Positions 60,420-64,000 of a stretch of 64,000 nucleotides of DNA are shown in pieces. The position numbers were made by a program, and so were the translations under genes. The DNA comes from Hamiltosporidium tvaerminnensis FI-OER-3-3 (Eukaryota > Fungi > Microsporidia). A model generated the notes under the pieces. The model was not told the origin of the DNA and made no database searches. It was given only the letters and a program-made list of their open reading frames with translations. The stretch is from the NCBI GenBank assembly GCA_022605425.2, contig CM061254.1, positions 682,001 through 746,000 of the forward strand, written 5' to 3'. The stretch's first letter is position 1. Each line of letters opens with the position of its first letter.

Positions 60420-60552
60420 TTTATATTTGTAAAATTTATATTGGTAATAGATATATCTGTAAAATTTATATCTGTAAAGTTTATATCTGTAAAATTTATA
60501 TTAGTAATAGATATTTACTATACAAATCAATATTTGTAATATTTATATTAGT
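60420..60552. repeat. 15-bp tandem repeat (TTTATATCTGTAAAA variants) 3' of PMT2
   Basis: TATATCTGTAAA occurs three times with TTTATATT(A/G)GTAAT variants. Confidence 0.75.
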
Positions 60553-61140
60553 AATGTCTTCTATTTTTCTTATTAAGAAATTTGAATAAAATATTTTAAA
60601 TAAAAATGTTTAAAGAAGACTTAAATGTCTCTTTATTTACTTTTTGTTGGTTTTGAACACAAAAGAATTATAAAATATTTGCAACGCAACCAACAAGGGT
60701 ATAAAATAACGGAAATAAAAAAAAAGGAAATGAAATGTAAAAAAAATAAAAAATATTTTTTTTAAATTTACTTGCAAGAAATATAATAAGAGGTAATCTG
60801 AGTTAAATATATTATTTAAAACCATAATAAGTTTTATTCTAAGTAATTGATAAACTAAATATAAGAAATATAAAAATAATAAATGAAAGAAGTCATAAAA
60901 TATATATTTGCTGTATTTCTTTATTCTTTTAATATAATATTAGTTGTATTTCTTTCTTTAAACTATAACTGGGTTTGTAAAGTATTATTTTTTTAAGTTC
61001 TTATATTCCCACGTTCGTTTTCTTTATTTCTATCTCAATTCTACTCTTCTAATTTGATTAATTAAATCACGTAAATTAAATCACGTAAATTTAATCAAAG
61101 ATAAAAAAATATTTTTTTTTATTTAAATTTTTACAATTAA

Positions 61141-62412
61141 ATGTTCATGAAAATACTTTGGTATTTCTGTATCACTAAATACGTATTAACTTCGTCATAT
61201 TTAGAAACTTTAAGTGATGATAAGATGAATGTTTATACAATTCATACATTTATAGATAATTATATAAAAGAAATGTACAATAATGTTTCTGAAAGTGTAC
61301 TGCAATCTAACGACAAGAATCATTTATTAGTTGGTTACACTGAAACTATCAACAGTAATGAAATAAGCAGATTGAGTGATTTTATTGTAGAGCGGGAATT
61401 TAAAAATATGGAGATTAATTTTTTAATGGTAAAGAATAACGAAGAAGTAGAAAAAGTATTTACAATTCCCTTTTTGATTTTGAAAAGAGAAAAATGTAAG
61501 AAAACTAAACTTACAGTACTAAAGTTCGTAGAAACAGTTGATGAAAACGAAAAAGATTCTTGTAATTATTTAAGTGCTGGTACCTTCAGAAATACAAAGT
61601 TTATCATGAAAATGTTGGTTTTCTATTTAATAATTCTACAAAAGACGGTATTTAAATGCAGAAATCCAACAGAAAATATTGGTTTAATTGTTTATTATGG
61701 GAAATCTCAAGATTTTCTCTTAAATAATTTTCGTAATGATTATGTTGCAAATCTTGTACAGAATAATGTTTCCGCTTCTAATTTGAATCTATTGGTAGGA
61801 AATGATTCTATTTTTAATATAAAAAAAGGAAATTTACAAAAATTTATAAATTTTTGTCATAAAAATTTTGATATAAATAGATTTACGAGTATAAAAATAT
61901 TTAAACTACAAAAAAATGAAGAACGTACTTATAGCTTAGAAAATTCTATGGAATCAGGCAAATTAGACTTACTTGTAGATTCTTATGAATTACATTTTGT
62001 ACCACAGATTAGTACAAAGGTAGTCTCATATTTCATTCCATACATATCATTTAAAATTTTTACAGAAAAAAAAGGTAAAATTAGAAATAAAATATATAAA
62101 TTTGAATCTAATCTTTATAAATATACATATGAAGTTGAAAACCTATCTTTAAGATTAAAAAAAGAAGAAGAAAATTTCAATGGAAGTATTACTAGACAAG
62201 ATAATTCATCAAATATTTATATTTTATATTTTAAATATAAATCACATTCAGGAAAAATATTTTGGGCAGATTTTGATCGTAAATTGTTTTCTGGTAATAA
62301 ACATACAGAAGAACAAAATGATAAATTTTTTATGTTTAAAAATTTACTTTATGAAATGATAGATTTATATTTTTGTTGTAAAAAATGGTATGTCTTCCAA
62401 GAGAAAGAGTAA
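61141..62412 (+). CDS. Orphan secreted protein (lineage-specific family)
   Basis: Intact 423-aa ATG-initiated ORF with a signal-peptide-like N-terminus (MFMKILWYFCITKYVLTS); no recognisable domain. Confidence 0.7.
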   Translation: MFMKILWYFCITKYVLTSSYLETLSDDKMNVYTIHTFIDNYIKEMYNNVSESVLQSNDKNHLLVGYTETINSNEISRLSDFIVEREFKNMEINFLMVKNNEEVEKVFTIPFLILKREKCKKTKLTVLKFVETVDENEKDSCNYLSAGTFRNTKFIMKMLVFYLIILQKTVFKCRNPTENIGLIVYYGKSQDFLLNNFRNDYVANLVQNNVSASNLNLLVGNDSIFNIKKGNLQKFINFCHKNFDINRFTSIKIFKLQKNEERTYSLENSMESGKLDLLVDSYELHFVPQISTKVVSYFIPYISFKIFTEKKGKIRNKIYKFESNLYKYTYEVENLSLRLKKEEENFNGSITRQDNSSNIYILYFKYKSHSGKIFWADFDRKLFSGNKHTEEQNDKFFMFKNLLYEMIDLYFCCKKWYVFQEKE

Positions 62413-63099
62413 AATTTTATAAGTTTTAAGTAAAATTGTTTTTTTCTAAGTTTAATCTACTCTTAAATATATTTTTAAAAACTATTTATTGCGGTTTTAA
62501 TAAATAAGATAGGAAAGCAAATCGTTGTTTATTTTATTAAAAATTGTTTTTACAAGTCTAAAAGATAGATTTGAATAAACTGGTAAATTTTGTATTTTGT
62601 GGTATAAATGAGTAAAGAAAGTCAAATACCGTGAAATTTCCAATGAATTGATAAGAGACAAATTAAAAGATTAAATAGCAAAATTTATCTTCTAATATAC
62701 TCTTGGTTTCAATAATGAACTTTTCTCAGTGAATATGAAGTTTATTATCTAGTTCTCTAATAGATTCGAAATACCAGTAAGATCGAGAGATGTAATATTT
62801 ATAAATTCTCTCAATTATAAGATCTATCTTCTACTTTACAAAACTGCAAATTCAAATCAGATTTTTTTTTTACAAATAGTAAAATTAAGATTAGTTTACA
62901 ATTAAATATAAAAAATTTTAGAAATTCAAACACAATTGTGGTTTAAAAAAGGCAATTAAATATTAGAATGATTGAATTGATATAAGAAATGCTTTTTTTA
63001 TCAAAATTTAGTATAAAAACAGAAATAAGAAAACCTATTTCAATATATTTTTTTGAGAAATTGAATTATTTGAAATAGAATTGGTTGGTTTATAATAAA

Positions 63100-63811
63100 T
63101 TTTCAATAATTTAAACTCACCTATTTCAGTTGAAGTGACATAAGTTGTATTGCTTTCATGATTAACGCAATTTATGGTTTAACATAGATAATTGGTTAAT
63201 CGGTATTCAATTATCACTCATTATACCGAAATACTAACGCTTTTACCCAGAAAGAGTGCAGAACCTTTTTAAGTTGCTGGGAACCATCTAGACTTGGTTA
63301 ATGTCAGCTTCCTGATATGTGATTGTTGTTAAAACTCTTCTGTCTCTTAAGTATCAGTAGCCCACTTCTTAATTCCATTTTTTAAGAAGCATTTAGACTT
63401 CCAACTAAAGCATACCTCGAAAACTTACATGAATTTAATCTAGGATGTTGAAATGCCATATCAACAAACCTAGATTGATTTCCAATCTTCCTAGTTTTAT
63501 GAAGGATATGTATTTTCACATCTCTCAATACAAAGTCTTCTAGCCCTAGTGAAAACCCCTGTACTTATGCTCTCTACTGACAACATCCTACAAACCCAGC
63601 CGATTCTACGATCGAGTTACACATAAAACAACGAAATATATTTCTAAAAATTTTCATTATTTTATAGACTTCTTCTCATTATGTACAATACCCATAGAGC
63701 ATCCGAAAATATAGTGTGTCATTAGTATAACCAAAAATTCAAACAATTATTCCAAGCCAAATATATCTTATCATTGACAAGTAGATGTTATTTTGGTCAT
63801 AATCCCTCCAC
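63100..63811 (-). mobile_element. Family A element, old copy (A6)
   Basis: TTTCATGATTAACGC, GGTTTAACATA, GTTAATGTC, AAGTCTTCTAGCCC, CCAAAAATTCAAACAAT and terminal TCCCTCCAC in A-family order over ~710 bp. Confidence 0.72.
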
Positions 63812-63894
63812 GAAATTAGAATAATATAGAAAATTTAATTAAAAATAAAGTAAAAAATTGTTAGAGATAAGTTTAAATTAAAAAAGATTAAAAT

Positions 63895-63994
63895 AATAAT
63901 TTAATAAAATTCTGAATTTAGATATTTTTTTACATTTTATATGTTTTCTTCTACCTCTTTAACAACTAATGTCTCTTCTTCCAAATCCTACTCT
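63895..63994 (-). mobile_element. R4/Dong-like element, ~100-bp extreme 3' fragment
   Basis: TTAATAAAATTCTG...TTATATGTTTTCTTCTACCTCTTTAAC..TGTCTCTTCTTCCAAATCC matches the 39.2 and 49.3-kb copies. It is followed by AAAAGA, which repeats the left flank AAAAGATTAAAAT. Confidence 0.85.
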
Positions 63995-64000
63995 AAAAGA

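Overview
AT-rich eukaryotic DNA, most consistent with a large-genome microsporidian (Hamiltosporidium-like). This is an inference from compact intronless genes, CCC motifs just upstream of ATGs, reduced housekeeping proteins and low-complexity inserts. Positions ~1-41,900 are a gene desert of decayed retroelements and pseudogene fragments. Positions ~41,900-62,400 hold conserved genes (NOT3/5, TRF4-type poly(A) polymerase, RAE1/GLE2, UTP14, PMT2), a ricin-B-like secreted protein, a tail-anchored SNARE-like protein and an orphan secreted protein; most are flanked by their own tandem repeat. The main unexplained structure is a set of retroposons. (1) Seven 5'-truncated copies of an R4/Dong-like RLE non-LTR element, several with 12-16 bp target-site duplications (TSDs). 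(2) Six apparently full-length copies of a ~730-nt non-coding element (family A) with a 14-bp TSD in the best copy and compensatory base changes between copies, a candidate structured-RNA SINE mobilised by the R4-like element. (3) Three ~232-nt bipartite RTE-derived SINEs (family B), each with a TSD, one inserted into the endonuclease motif of an R4-like copy. (4) A decayed RTE-like LINE and a further LINE-like 3' end family (C). All alignments were done by eye; boundaries of decayed copies are approximate.
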